Source: Mobula hypostoma
Lineage: Eukaryota
Direction of reading: 5' to 3'
DNA length: 64,000 bases
Assembly: GCF_963921235.1 (NCBI RefSeq)
Contig: NC_086097.1
Coordinates: forward strand, 6,138,001-6,202,000
In this document: positions 24,430 through 38,267 of the stretch, piece after piece
How the letters are laid out: each line of letters opens with the position of its first letter
How positions within the stretch are numbered: position 1 is the stretch's first letter
Translations under genes and position numbers: made by a program
Notes under the pieces: generated by a model
What the model saw: only the letters and a program-made list of their open reading frames with translations
Database searches by the model: none
Told to the model about the DNA's origin: nothing

Positions 24430-25290
24430 TAATCACATGAGTCGAGTATGATGTTCTCAAGTACGAGTATGATTATGAAGGGTTTATCTATTGGTGGGTC
24501 TTCAGGTGTCTGTAGAGGCTGATCCGGGATCCACATACTCTGGTGCAATGTGGGTAAGAGTAAGTGGTGGCTGTAGTTAGTGATTGGCTCTTTGAGTTTT
24601 TCAGATTCGCAGTTCATAGCCGGTGCTTTTTCTCTGAAGCACGGCAGAAGTTGCTATCACGTAAGGCAGCTCCCTCTTGACCAGATTTCCCCTCCAGGTG
24701 TATCTATTGAGTGCAAGGTCTTCTCAGTTTTTAGCTGTAGTGTTGAATTTCCTCAGGCCGATTTTTTTGTGTTATCTTTGATGCATGTTCTTTGTCCATC
24801 GGGGGCTTGCTGACCTTCTTTCCACTCGGAGTGAAGTATATGTTTGGGGAGATGTGAGTTAGGCATCTGGATGATATGTCTTATCGATCGGAGTTGGTGT
24901 TGCTTTATCATGGTGGAGAAGCCATTTAGTTGGCCTCTCCCAGTACGTTGGTGTTAGTGAGTCTGTCCTTCAGATGATTCTCAAAATCTTTTGTAAGCAC
25001 CTTTGGTGGTATTGTTCCAGGGCTTTCAGGTGTCTACCTAGGTGGGCCATCATTCAGCTCCATACAGTAATATAGGAAGGACAACCCTTCTATAACCCAA
25101 AAGTTTTGCTTAGACCTGCAGGGTGCAGTCTTCAAAATCTCTTTTCCTTAATTTTGCATCGGCTTCATGAGCACAATGCAGGCAGTGCTTGATCCCTGAG
25201 TCTATGTCTACTTTTGAGGAGAGAATGCTGCCAGTGTAGGGAAAGTGGTCTATATTTTCCAGGGTGATATGGTCAATGGTGGGGAGCAGG
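24430..25290 (-). mobile_element. RTE LINE, 3' fragment
   Basis: LENIDHFPYTGSILSSKVDIDSGI and downstream RTE-like C-terminus. Confidence 0.75.
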
Positions 25291-25984
25291 TGCAGTTCCA
25301 GTTTCCTCCCTCGGTCCAAAGATGTACTGGTTGGTAGGTTAATTGGTCATTGTAAATTGTCATGTGATTCGGCTCAGGTTAAATTGGGGTTTTGCTAGGC
25401 AGAGTGGCTCAAAGGGCCAGAAGGCGTATTCTGAGATGTAGCTCTATAAATTTTTTATGGAGGCCTGGATAAGTAGTTGCTTGGACAGTGACTGATATTA
25501 ACAGTGGGTGTTTTGTGCCTTTGTAGAACCTCATTCTGATGACAATAGGCACTCACTTGGGAAGCACCATCACTATGACATCAGAGACTTCTGTCACTGG
25601 TATTCTATTTTGTGTATAATAACAGATGAGAAAGGCTGATCTTTGTTAATCTCCTTGTAGCTTTGAGCACAGCCACATATCAGCACTGTTGCTTCAGGTA
25701 GACAAGCAGTTCATAGCAGGGCATTTCACAATCAGACACTCAAGACACACAAGGGGCAAGGACAGGAGTAGAACATATTGACAGCAGAAACCACAAACGC
25801 TATACAACTTAATAAAGCACTGTACACACTGCAGTATCCATTTCTTTTTAATCTCTCCTCAGAAAATAAAGGATCACTTGTCCAAAAGGCAAACAAAAAT
25901 ATGCTACATGCCGCAAAATGGATCACAAAATCATTTATTGTAAATAAATACAAAACCGTCGTGAAGGACCACCAATCCATTCAG

Positions 25985-26232
25985 AATGGCGATGAAGAGG
26001 AATTTCTTCAGGCAGAAAGTTGTCTGTCTATGAAATTCATTGCCACAGGCCGTTGTGAAGGCCAAGTCATTGGGTATATTTAAGACAGAGGTTGATAGAC
26101 TCTTGATTAGTCAGGGTATGAACGGTAACGGGGAGAAGACTGGGCTGAGAGGGAAATGGATCAGCCATGATGAAATGGCAAAGCAGACTCAATGGGCCAG
26201 ATGGCCTAATTCCACTCCTATATCTGATGGTT
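25985..26232 (+). mobile_element. CR1 3' end
   Basis: Homologous to 700-958. Confidence 0.8.
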
Positions 26233-26389
26233 TTTTCACATTCCCTCTTCTCATACCTAGCATCAATGAGCCTGAAGACACACACTTAACCTTTTCAAGA
26301 ATAGTTTCTTCCCCTTCACCTTCAGTATTAGACATTTTGACCCTGGAGAAATATACTGACTGTTTATTCCATCTGAGGCCCTGTATTGA

Positions 26390-26945
26390 ACGTGGCTGAC
26401 CATGGATGCTGTGACCCAGCTGTCTACGTGATACACAAGCCTGGGCAGTACGATATGGAGAACAAGGTGTTGCCTGTGTTAACAGGCTCCCCCTCTCCAC
26501 ACAGCTGATGAATGCAAAGGAATGGCAGAGACCGACGGTTTGGCACCAGCAGAATCACAGGAGTTGCTTGTCAGTGTTGTACTCAACGTAGGACTGCCTT
26601 AGGGACCCTAGCTCTGGATTTTCCCTCAGGATTTACTCCCGAAGCCTTCCCCATGAGTGGGTGTAGCCACAAGGAAGTGGAGGTTTGAGATCAGAGTTTT
26701 CCTTCTCCTAGATGAGCTGCCAACCACGGCTGATGAGTCCCATCTAGCCAAAGAAACTGGCTTTAAGGCAACAGTAATGCACCTTTGCCCCCTCTCCTGT
26801 CAGTAGAAGTGGTTCCCTCAGGCTGAGTAGGGAACGCAGTGGCTAAATGTGGCTGTCCAAGGCTACATGAAGCACACACCACTGGGAGCATTTAATAGAT
26901 AGTGGAAGCTTATCCTCACTGCACTCTTCTGGCTATGACAACCCT
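26390..26945 (-). mobile_element. Non-coding RTE-related repeat (second copy at 47310-48535)
   Basis: Two copies in the window; ctaggagaaggaaaactctga motif resembles RTE 5' UTRs. Confidence 0.6.
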
Positions 26946-27743
26946 GAAGAACCATTATTCTGATCATGCCTCTTGTGATGTTGTAAACATCTATTAGGTC
27001 TCCTCTCAGCCTCCGCCAATCCAGAGGAAACAGTCCATGAGAGATTTAGCTTTGGTAAAGAGCAGCAGAATAAAGACTCCCCACTCTTGCTCCCCTGCCC
27101 CACTGGGCAGAAGATGCAAACCCCTGATCACTCATCCCACCAGGCTCAAGGTCAGCTTCTATCTCACTTCACGTCTGGCTGTGGGATTAAACCTTGGTCT
27201 CTCATTACCCCTGAGCTCATAGAATCAAATTGCGCCATTTCATCAATGACTTTTCATCCTTTTCAAATTCCTTCTTGGCTACACCACACTTTATCTCTCG
27301 AATTCCATCATCCCAACAACATTCCAGGTCATTGCTCTTTGGGCACCTTGACCATTCCAAATCTAATACTTCCACACCAGTCCCCTCCTTCACTACCCCT
27401 GATTGGTTTCTCCTCTTCCTTTTCTTCTTTAAGTTGAGTCTGAATCAGAATCAGAATCAACTTTAATATCACTGATTTATGCTGTGAAATTTGTTGTTAC
27501 GCAGCAACAGTATATTGCAATATATAATACTTAAAATACTATAAATTATAAAAAGAGATATATAAATAAAATAAAATTAAGTAAGTAGTGAAACAAGCGA
27601 GCAAAAAAAAAAGAAAAATATTAAGGTACTGTCCACGCGTTTGTTGTTCATTCAGAAATCTGATGCTGGAGGGGAAGAAGCTGTTCCTAAAATATTGAAT
27701 GTGTGCCTTCAGCTTCCTGTACATCCTGCTTGATAGTAGCAAT

Positions 27744-28442
27744 GAATCTCACCTGGTCCCTCAACACCAGCTCCATAGCAAAGAAAGCCCAGCAGCGTCT
27801 CTACTTTCTGTGAAGGCTGAGAAAAGTCCATCTCCCACCCCCCATCCTCACCACATTCTACAGAGGTTGTATTGAGAGCATCCTGAGCAGCTGCATCACT
27901 GCCTGGTTCGGAAATTGCACCATCTCAGATCGCAAGACCCTGCAGTGGATAGTGAGGTCAGCTGAGAAGTCTCTCTTCCCGCCATTACAGACATTTACAA
28001 CACACGCTGCATCCGCAAAGCAAACAGCATTGTGAAGGACCCCACACACTCCTCATACAAACTCTTCTCCCTCCTGCCATCTGGCAAAAGGCACCGAAGT
28101 ATTCGGGCTCTCACGACCAGACTATGTAACAGTTTCTTCCCCCAAGCCATCAGACTCTTCAATACCCAGAGCCTGGACTAACACCAACCTACTGCCCTCT
28201 ACTGTGCCTATTGTCTTGTTTATTATTTATTGTAATGCCTGCACTGTTTTGTGCACTTTATGCAGTCCTGGGTAGGTCTGTAGTCTAGTGTAGTTTTGTG
28301 TTGTTTTTTACGTAGTTCAGTGTAGTTTTTGTATTGTTTCATGTAGCACCATGTTCCTGAAAAACATTGTCTCATTTTTACTGTGTACTGTACCAGCAGT
28401 TATGGTTGAAATGACAATAAAAAGTGACTTGACTTGACTTGA
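27744..28442 (+). mobile_element. Rex1/Babar LINE, 3' fragment
   Basis: [10 protein letters not shown]...[11 protein letters not shown]...NSFFPQAIRL; tgacaataaa plus (gactt)n tail. Confidence 0.9.
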
Positions 28443-28669
28443 GTAGAGGACAATTTCTGGTTGATGAGGGTCCTTAATGATGAATGCTGCATCACACCAC
28501 ACCAATCTCCTCCTTTACTATGTCTGACTGCTTTTTCCTTCTTTCCTTCTTTAAGTTTGTCTTAAGAATCCCCTCTGGTAATGATAGAATCAGAATCAGG
28601 ATTATTATCACCAGCATGTGACGTGTAATTTGTTAACTTAGCAGCAGCAGTACAATACATGATATAGAA

Positions 28670-29741
28670 GAAACATAGAAACATAGAAACATAGAAAATA
28701 GGTGCAGGAGTAGGCCATTTGGCCCTTCGAGCCTGCACCGCCATTTATTATGATCATGGCTGATCATCCAACTCAGAACCCAGCCTTCCCTCCATACCCC
28801 CTGACCCCTGTAGCCACAAGGGCCATATCTAACTCCCTCTTAAACATAGCCAATGAACTGGCCTCAACAGTTTGCTGTGGCAGAGAATTCCACAGATTCA
28901 CCACTCTCTGTGTGAAGAAGTTTTTCCTAATCTCGGTCCTAAAAGGCTTCCCCTCTATCCTCAAACTGTGACCCCTCGTTCTGGACTTCCCCAACATCGG
29001 GAGCAATCTTCCTGCATCTAGCCTGTCCAATCCCTTTAGGATCTTTTACGTTTCAATCAGATCCCCCCTCAATCTTCTAAATTCCAACGAGTACAAGCCC
29101 AGTTCATCCAGTCTTTCTTCATATGAAAGACCTGCCATCCCAGGAATCAATCTGGTGAACCTTCTTTATACTCCCTCTATGGCAAAGATGTCTTTCCTCA
29201 GATTAGGGGACCAAAACTGCACACAATACTCCAGGTGTGGTCTCACCAAGGCCTTGTACAACTGCAGTAGTACCTCCCTGCTCCTGTACTCGAATCCTCT
29301 CGCTATAAATGCCAGCATACCGTTCGCCTTTTTCACCGCCTGCTGTACCTGCATGCCCACTTTCAATGACTGGTGTATAATGACACCCAGGTCTCGTTGC
29401 ACCTCCCCTTTTCCTAATCGGCCACCATTCAGATAATAATCTGTTTTCCTATTTTTGCCACCAAAGTGGATAACTTCACATTTATCCACATTAAATTGCA
29501 TCTGCCATGAGTTTGCCCACTCACCCAACCTATCCAAGTCACCCTGCATCCTCTTAGCATCCTCCTCACTGCTAACACTGCCACCCAGCTTCGTGTCATC
29601 CGCAAACTTGGAGATGCTGCATTTAATTCCCTCATCCAAGTCATTAATATATATTGTAAACAACTGGGGTCCCAGCACTGAGCCTTGCGGTACCCCACTA
29701 GTCACCGCCTGCCATTCTGAAAAGGTCCCGTTTATTCCCAC
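28670..29741 (-). mobile_element. Young CR1, 5'-truncated
   Basis: SGVPQGSVLGPQLFTIYINDLD...FADD; (tttctatg)n tail. Confidence 0.95.
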
Positions 29742-30289
29742 AAAATAAAAATATACAAAATAAAATAATAACAATAAATATACAAAATAAAATAATAACA
29801 ATAAATAAATAACTAAATCAATTACAGCATATGTATATTGAATAGATTAAAAATTGTGCAAGAAACAGAAATACAATATATTTTAAAAATTGAGCTAGTG
29901 TCCAAGGGTTCAATGTCCATTTAGGAATCGGATGGCAGAGGGGAAGAAGTTGTTCTTGAATCGCTGAGTGTGTGCCTTCAGGCTTCTGTACCTCCAACCC
30001 AATGGCAACGGTGAGAAAAGGGCATGCCCTGGATGCTGGAGGTCCTTAATAATGGACCCTGCCTTAATGAGACACTGCTCCTTGAAGATGTCCTGGGTGC
30101 TTTGTAGGCTAGTACCTGAGATGGAGCTGACTAGATTTACAACCCTCTGCAGCTTCTTTTTGCTCTGTGCAGTAGCTCCATCCAGTACCAGTACGCAGCC
30201 TGTCAGAATGCTCTCCATGGTACATCTATAGAAGTTTTTGAGCGTAAACTGTCTCTGCAGTTTCTGCATTTGCCTCACACAAGGTCTCA

Positions 30290-31172
30290 GGGGATTCCTT
30301 GTCAGGTCCTGTAGATTTATCTACCCGAGTGCAGGTCAGTGGGACGAGGTGAGAGTAAGAGTTCAGCATGGTCTAGAAGGGCCGAGATGGCCTGTTTCTG
30401 TGCTGTAATTGTTATATGGTTAGATGGTTAATTTGCCTCAAGACAGCAAGCATATTCACTTCTGTAAATCCGGGTCTCACCACTCTTTTGTCTCAGTTCT
30501 ACAGACCCTGTGTCTGTTTCCCAAGTAAATACAGATGCAAAGGTTCATTTAACATCTCCCCTTTCTCTTTTAGTTCCACACGTAGATGACCACGCTGATC
30601 TTCAAGAGGACCAATTTTGTTGCTTGCTATCCTTTTGCTCTCAATTTATCTGGAGAAGCCCTTGGGATTCTCCTTCATCTGCCTGCTGGAGCAAACTTAA
30701 GCCTCCTTTCAATCCTCATGATTTATCTCTTAATTGTTCTCTTGCATTTCTTATATTTCTCATTGTTCCTTCCTGTCTACATCTGCTATGCACCTCCTTC
30801 TTCTTCTTAAACAGAGCTTCAATACCTCTTAAAAAACAAGGTTCGTTAAATCTTTTATCCTTGTCTTTTATTCTGACAGGAACATACAAATTCTGTACTC
30901 TCAATATTTCGTTTTTGAAGACCTCCCACTTACCAAGTATCTCTTTGCCAGGAAACAACCTGTCCCAATCCCTAACACGAGGAATTCTGCAGATGCTGGA
31001 AATTCAAGCAACACACATCAAAGTTGCTGGTGAACGCAGCAGGCCAGGCAGCATCTCTAGGAAGAGGTACAGTTACATGTACCTTTGAAACCTTTGAAAC
31101 CTTTGAACTCTCTCCCATCCAGTCCTCTTACAGTATGGGAATCTCACTCAATAATCAGGAAATTTAGATAAC
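30290..31172 (-). mobile_element. CR1 internal fragments with a Penelope 3' end inserted at 30973-31073
   Basis: Homology to 14830-15750; the insert matches 4203-4303. Confidence 0.8.
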
Positions 31173-31174
31173 CT

Positions 31175-32151
31175 ACTAACACAGCTCGAACCACATCATC
31201 AAGTTCGCCGATGACACGATCGTGGTGGGTCTCATCAGCAAGAACGATAAGTCAGCATACAGAGAGGAGGTGCAGCGGCTAACTGACTGGTGCAGAGCCA
31301 ACAACCTGTCTCTGAATGTGAAGAAAACAAAATAGATGGTTGTTGACTTCAGGAGGACAGGGAGAAACCACTCTGCGCTGAACATCGAGGACTCCTCTGT
31401 AGAGATCGTTAAGAGAACCAAATTTCTTGGTATTCTCCTGGCTGAGAATCTCACCTGGTCCCTCAACACCAGCTCCATAGCAAAGAAAGCCCAACATTGT
31501 CTCTACTTTCCTTGAAGGCTGAGAAAAGTCCATCTCCCACCCCCCATACTCACCACATTCTACAGAGGTTGTATTGAGAGCATCCTGAGCAGCGGCATCA
31601 CTGCCTGGTTCAGAAATTGTACCATCTCGGATCGCAAGACCCTGCAGCGGATAGTGAGGTCAGCTGAGAAGATCATCAGGGTCTCTCTTCCCACCATCAC
31701 AGACATTTACACCACGCGCTGCATCCGTAAATCTAACAGCATTATGAAGGACCCCACGCACCCCTCATATAAACTTTTCACCCTCCTGCCATCTGGAAAA
31801 AGATACCAAAGCATTCGGGCTCTCATGACCAGACTATGTAACAGTTTCTTCCCCCAAGCCATCAGACTCCTCAATACCCAGAGCCTGGACTGACACCAAC
31901 CTACTGCCCTCTACTGTGCCTATTGTCTTGTTTATTATTTATTGTAATGCCTTCACTGTTTTGTGCACTTTATGCAGTCCTGGGTAGGTCTGTAGTCTAG
32001 TGTAGTTTCTGTGTTGTTTTACGTCGTTCAGTCTAGTTTTTGTATTGCTTCATGTAGCACTATGGTTCTGAAAAATGTTGTCTCATTTTTACTGTGTACT
32101 GTACCAGTAGTTATGGTCAAAATGACAATAAAGAGTAACTTGACATGACTT
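31175..32151 (+). mobile_element. Rex1/Babar LINE, 3' fragment
   Basis: HIIKFADDTIVVGLI...; same family as 27744-28442. Confidence 0.92.
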
Positions 32152-32539
32152 CTAAGATCAAAATTCAGGTTCAAAGTAAATTTATTATCAAGTTAAGTAT
32201 ATGTTACCATATACAACTGTGAGATTCATTTTCTTGGAAGTATTTAGAAGTAAAAAGAAATACAATATATAAATAAGAGCTGCCAAGAAACCAATGTGCA
32301 AAAGAAGATCCACTGTACCAATAGAAATATACTACTGAGAACATGAGTTGCAGAGAGTCCTTGAAAAAGGGTCTGCAGTCAAAGAACCAGGTCAGAGTTG
32401 TGGTGATGGAAGTTATCAATGCTGGTTCAGGAGCCTGATGCTTATAGAGTAATAATTGTTCCTGAATCTGGTGGTATGGGATGTAAGGCCCCAATACCTC
32501 CTGCCTGATGGCAGTAGCAAAGAAAGAGTATGGCTGGGA

Positions 32540-34760
32540 TGTCATGGTCCAGTCCGTGAAGTCTGCATTGTGGTTCGTGGTCCGGTCCATCAATCCTTGT
32601 TCAGGGCTTTCCTGTTTCCTCCCTTATTCTGTTGGGTGCTTTAATTGAGGCACCTGATTCTCATTTCGGTCTGGCACATAAATACCTCTGCAAAGCAGGG
32701 ATTGTTTGCTGGAATGCTCCCTTCCCTTCCCCTTCCTTGCCTGAAGCCTTGCCTACAACCTTTGCCTGCATCCTCGCCTGTAACGCTGTCAGGTTCAACC
32801 ACCAGAGCAAGACCGAGGCCTTGCTGTGTCAAGATAAGGAACAGTCTGTCGTTGTTTGGAATTTTCTCTTTGTGTCCTTGTCTCCGCTGGGTAGGTCCAG
32901 CCATTTGCTGCTACTCTGAGTGGAGAACTGTCTCATCGTATTCAGTGTTCTGTGTTTAGGAAGAGCCCCGGCCCTTCGTCCTGTTCCCAAGAAGGGGGTC
33001 CTGGCTCTGTGTGCTGTGTACGAGTCCCAGCCCTACCTCCTGCTCCCAAGGAGGGGTTCCGGCTCTGTGTTCCATGTTCCTGTGCTCAAGACCAAGACTC
33101 CGTGTTTCCTGTGCTCAAGTCCAAGGCTCGGAGGTTCCTGAGTTCCAGGTCCAAGGCTCCGAGGTTCCTGAATACCAGGTCCAAGGCTTCAAGATTCCTA
33201 TCTCCCAAGACCAAGTCATGGCTTTGTGCTCTCGTCCTGTCCGTGTGCCTCGCCCAGCCCAGGGGTACCTCGCCCAGCCCGGTGCTGGGGTTCCCTCATC
33301 CGGTGCTGGAGTTCCCTCATCCTGTCCAGGAGTTTCACATCCGGTCCTGTAGCCACGCCACGACCTGTAGACACATCTTGTCCCAGCCTAAACCCGGATT
33401 CTGGTTCCGAGTCAAGACCCAGGTTCGTAGTCTCAACCAAGACCCAGGTTCCAGGTCCTTGTCTAGGCTCTAGTTCCGGAGTCCCGTATCCCTAGTCCAG
33501 GCACCTTGTTCCTCGTTTCTTGTCCGGGTTCCATGTTTCTTGTCCATGTCCTGGCCCAGGCCCTGCATCCTAGTCTCGTCCAGGGCCTGTGTCAATGTCC
33601 AGTGTCCTTTCTTCCCCACTTACCTTGCTTTCTTGACACACCGAGTCCTGTTCCTAGTACTTCAGTTTCTGTGTCTTGCAGTTGTGTCCACTCCCAATGC
33701 CCCTTATGACAGAACAGTCCAGTCAAGCATGGACCTAGCGACACAGACATTTTCATTTTACTTTCACCATTCTGGGTTCCCTCCTGTTGAATGTCCCCCC
33801 CACCCGCCCTTGTAGTCCATAGTCTGGGGAAGCCTTTTGGGTGGCCAGGAGGCTCCCATAGACGGGAGCGGGTATTGTCATGGTCTGGTTCGTGATGTCT
33901 GCATTCCGGTTCATGGTCTGGTCCATCGACCCTTGTTCTCGGTTTTCTTGTTTTCTCCCTTGTTCTGTAGGGTGATTTAATTGAGGCACCTGATTCTCAT
34001 TTTGGTCTGGCACATAAATACCTTTGCAAAACAGGGATTGTTTGCTGGACTGTTTCCTTCCATTCCCTTTCCTTGCCCTGCAACCTTCGCCTGTGTCCTC
34101 ACCTGTAACGCTGTCAGGTTCAACCACCAGAGCAAGACCAGGGCCTTACTGTTTCAAGATAAGGAACAGTCTGTCGTTGTTTTGGAATTGTCTTTTTGTG
34201 TCCCCGCCTTTGCTAGGTAGGTCCGGCCATTTACCGCTACCTTGTGTTGAGAACCATCTCTTTTTGTCCCCTCCTCCGCTGGGTAGGTCCGGCCTTTTGC
34301 TGCTACCCTGAGTGGAGAACTGTCTCTTCGTGTTCAGTGTTCTGTGTATAGAAAGAGCCCCGGCCCTTGGTCCTGTTCCCAAAGAGGGGGTCCTGGCTCT
34401 GTGTGATGTGTACGAGTCCCGGCCCTACGTTCTGCTCCCAAGGAGGGGACCCGGCTCTGTGTTCCATGTTCCTGTGCTCAAGACCAAGGCTCCGTGTTTC
34501 CCGTGCTCAAGCCAAGGCTCCGAGGTTCCTGAGTACCAGGTCCAAGGCTCCGAGGTTCCTGAGTACCAGGTCCAAGGCTCCAAGGTTCCTCTCTCCCAGG
34601 ACCAAGTCATGGCTTCGTGTTCTCATCCTGTCCATGTGTCTCACCCAGCCCAGGGGTACCTCGCCCAGCCCTGTGCGAGAGTTCCTTCATCCGGCGCTGG
34701 AGTTCCCTCGTCCTGTCCAGGAGTCTCACGTCCAGTCCTGTAGCCACGTCTTATCCTAGC
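32540..34760 (+). mobile_element. Minimal non-autonomous Gypsy element: LTR (32540-33711), about 165 bp internal, truncated LTR (33876-34760)
   Basis: TGTCAT...ATGACA termini; direct-repeat LTRs with 27-bp internal tandem units; gag-start-like and PPT-like ends. Confidence 0.85.
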
Positions 34761-34762
34761 CT

Positions 34763-35103
34763 AAGATTGTTCCCGATGTTGGGGAAGTCCAGAACGAGGG
34801 GTCACAGTTTGAGGATAAGGGGGAAGCCTTTTAGGACTGAGATTAGGAAAAACTTCTTCACACAGAGAGTGGTGAATCTGTGGAATTCTCTGCCACAGGA
34901 AACAGTTGAGGCCAGTTCATTGGCTATATTTAGGAGGGAGTTGGATATGGCCCTTGTGGCTAAAGGGATTGGGGGTATGGAGGGAAGGCTGGTACAGGGC
35001 TCTGAGTTGGATGATCAGCCATGATCATACTGAATGGTGGTGCAGGCTCGAAGGGCCGAATGGCCTGCTCCTGCACCTATTTTCTATGTTTCTATGTTTC
35101 TAT
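34763..35103 (+). mobile_element. CR1 3' end
   Basis: Reverse-complement homolog of 28670-29010. Confidence 0.9.
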
Positions 35104-35111
35104 AATTCAGT

Positions 35112-35743
35112 CAGAATAACTGATGCCAAGATTAAAGAAGCATTTTTGTTGGTCCACTAATCAAACAGGTCATCGATGACAGGCAGTTCAAGAACTTCTA
35201 GTGGAACTGGAGAAAATTGCATGGAAGGCATTCAAAGATGTTGTTGAAAATATTCTCGGCAACTACAGAGCACCAAACTGGTTGACAACATGCTTCAAGC
35301 ATACAAAACCATGTGGTGCAACATGTCATTAAAGATTCATTTTCTGCAATGCTATTTAGACTCCTTCCCTGTAAATTTTGGTGCTGTCAGTGACGAGCAT
35401 GGTGAAAGGTTTCACCAGAACATTGTGGTCATTGAGAAACGGTATCTGGAATTGATTAATGCTAGCTGATTATTGTTGGACACTAGAGCAAGAAGGCTCA
35501 GACACTGAGTACACATGAAAATTATCAACAAAACATTTTAGTTTAGTGGAACTATTGCATAACATCAGCACAGTTATGCAATTAAACACATTATATTCAA
35601 TAAAAGTTAATTTCTAGTTTCTCCAAATTCCTACATGATACAAGTTGTCCAAAGTTACATTTGTGTTCAAATTCAAGCAGTCTTTCATAAACAAAATCAA
35701 ATTCTGAGGAAGCAACACTTTCAAAAACATTTGTTATCCAGTG
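35112..35743 (+). mobile_element. DNA transposon 3' part, probably Chapaev3 (CMC)
   Basis: Degenerate transposase MSLKIHFL...FGAVSDEHGERFHQ...LADYCWTL; terminus ttgttatccagtg. Confidence 0.7.
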
Positions 35744-35819
35744 AAATCATTGCTGATGTGTGATGTGCATCTTGGGAAATCTGAGGTAATATTGTTCTAT
35801 AATTTCTTTTCTGCTGCCT

Positions 35820-38030
35820 TCCTCCTTTCTTAAAGAGTGGAGTGACATTTGCAATTTTCCAGTCCTCTGGCACTATGCCAGAGTCCAATGATTTTTAAAG
35901 GATCATTACTAATGCCTCCAGAATCTCTTTCAGAACCCTAGGGCGCAGTTCATCTGGTCCGGGTGATTTATGTACCCTTAGTTCTTTCAGCTTTTTGAGC
36001 ACCTTCTCCCTTGTAATATTAACTACACCCACTTCCCTTCCTTCACACCCTCCAACATCTGCCACACTGCTGGTGTCTTCCACTGTGAAGGCCAACACAA
36101 AATACTCATTTAGTTCATATGCTATTTCCTTGTCCCGTTATTACTTATTTGGCTACATTTTCTAGCATTCCTTTATCCACTCTCAACTCTTTTTTTATTT
36201 TTTACATTCTTGATAAAGCTTTTTCTAACCACTTTGATATTGTTTGCTAGCTTGTTTTCATATTTCATCTTTTCCCTCCTAATGATTCTTTTAGTTGCTC
36301 TCTGTAGGTTTTTAAAACTTCCCAGTCCTCTGTCTTATCACTAATTTTTGATTTATAGTATGTCCTCTCTTTTGCTTTTACATTGGCTTTGACTTCCTTT
36401 GTCAGCCACAGTTGGACTATTTTGCCATTTGAGTATTTTTTTTTAGATTAGATTATGAAGACACGCAGTCCTCTTTTATTGTCATTTAGTAATGCATGCA
36501 TTAAGAAATGATACAATATTCCTCCGGTGTGATATCACAAAACACAGGACAGACCAAGACTGAAAAAAACTAACAAAACCACATAACTATAACATATAGT
36601 TACAACAGTGCAACAATACTTGATGAAGAACAGGTCATGGCACAGTAAAAAAGTTCAATGTCTCTCAAATGTCCCACATCTCACGCAGACGGGAGAAGGA
36701 AGAAAACTCTCCCTGCCATGCCCGACCACAGTCCAACTCTGAGTCATCCGAAAACTTCGAGCCTCCGATCAGCCCTCCGACACCGAGTACCGAGCACCAT
36801 CTCCATCTAAACGATTTGACCTCAATCTCAGTCACCAGCAGCAGGCAAAGCCGGGGATTTTGGGGCCTTCCCTCCGGAAGATTCTCGATCGCCCAGTAAC
36901 AGCGGCAGCGAACCGGCATTTCAGGAATTTCTCCCGATGTTCCTCTGTGCTTTCACGTCTGTCTCCATCAAATCAGAATTGTCCACGGCCCCTATTTAAC
37001 GGATACGATATCATTTTCATCGGAGAGCTGCACGCGCGCGGCATGCTGCTATCCTCTCCTCCCGCCTCCTTTCTTTGTTTTTGGCATACATCTATCCTGA
37101 ATATTCCTCATTTTTCCTAGAAACACATGTTGGTATCCCTTCCAACTCCTCTTTCATACCATTGTAATTTCCTTTACTCCACTGAATTACTGCTACATCA
37201 GTCTTTCCTTTCTCCCCATTAAGTTTCAAGTTTAACTTAATCATATTGTGATCACTGCCTCCTAAGGGTTCTTTTACCTCAAGCTCTCTAATCATTTCTG
37301 GTTCATTACATAACACCCAATCAACTATAGCTGATCCCCTAGTAGGCTCAAGGACAAACTGCTCTAGAATGCCATCTCATAGGCATTGAACGAACTCAAT
37401 CTCTTAGGATCTATTTCCAACCTAATTTTCCCAATTGACCTGCATGTTGAAATCACCTATGACTATCATAACGTTGCCCTTTTAACACACCTTTTCTACT
37501 TCCCATTGTAATCTGCTGTCCACATCCCAGCCATTGTTAGGAGGCCTGTATGTAACTGCCATCAACATCCTTTTACCCTTGCAATTTCTTAATTCAGCCC
37601 ACATGGGTTCAACATCTTCTGATTCTACATCATATATTTCTACTAATTTGATGCCATTCTTTACCAGAAGAGCCATGTGCTGACCTTCCTATTCCTCTCA
37701 TACAACTTGTAATCTTGGACATTCAGCTCCCAACTACAACTGTCCTTCAGCCGCGATTCCATGATGGCCACAACATCATACCCGACAATCTGTATAAGTA
37801 CAACAAGCTTATCCAACTTATTTCTTGTAGTCCTTGCATTGAGATATAACACGTTGGGTACTGCATTTGATTCTGCATCCCTAATGCACTGACATTCACC
37901 CTGCTGGCTGCAATTATGTCCGATCATCTGCTTGCCCTTCCTGACAATATGACTGCACACTACCTGCTTTTTCACCATCCTTCCTATCCTGTGCCTCTTC
38001 ACTCTGGTTTCCACCCCACAGCCAAATTAG
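35820..38030 (-). mobile_element. CR1 5'/EN-RT fragment, interrupted at 36444-37069
   Basis: VLYLNART, YRPP, GGSDHNMI, KSPGPD. Confidence 0.85.
36444..37069 (-). mobile_element. About 670-bp non-autonomous retroposon, copy 2
   Basis: Reverse complement of the 3130-3795 family. Confidence 0.85.
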
Positions 38031-38267
38031 CTTAGTACCAGTCATTTTCTCCAGTGTACACCAAAACAGGAAGATGAGAAAACACTTCAAGTGTACTATT
38101 TGGATATATCAAACATTTGGATTTGACAGTATGGTGTTTATTTCACTGAACTCTCAGTGAGGAAAATTGGGGCAATATTTGGAAGACTAAGCTCACCAGG
38201 ATAGTCTGGAAATTTAAATCCAATAACCTTCAGGAGAATAAACAAATAGCATCACTCTATTCCTCAC

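Larger units (their letters stand above)
27440..30245 (-). mobile_element. Cluster of minus-strand Rex1-type 3' fragments (27440-27743, 28442-28490, 28585-28665, 29745-30245)
   Basis: FYRCTMESILTGC...IIKDLQHPGHALFSPLPLGWRYRSL...FFPSAIRFLN; (attctg)n tails. Confidence 0.8.

Noticed and set aside
25557..25980. Hydrophobic ORF and GTGAGT donor as a host exon
   Set aside because: No frame compatible with neighbouring candidate exons and no recognisable homology.
33105..33200. 27-bp repeats as a CRISPR-like array (also 34500-34590)
   Set aside because: Contiguous tandem units inside LTRs with no unique spacers, in a eukaryotic context.
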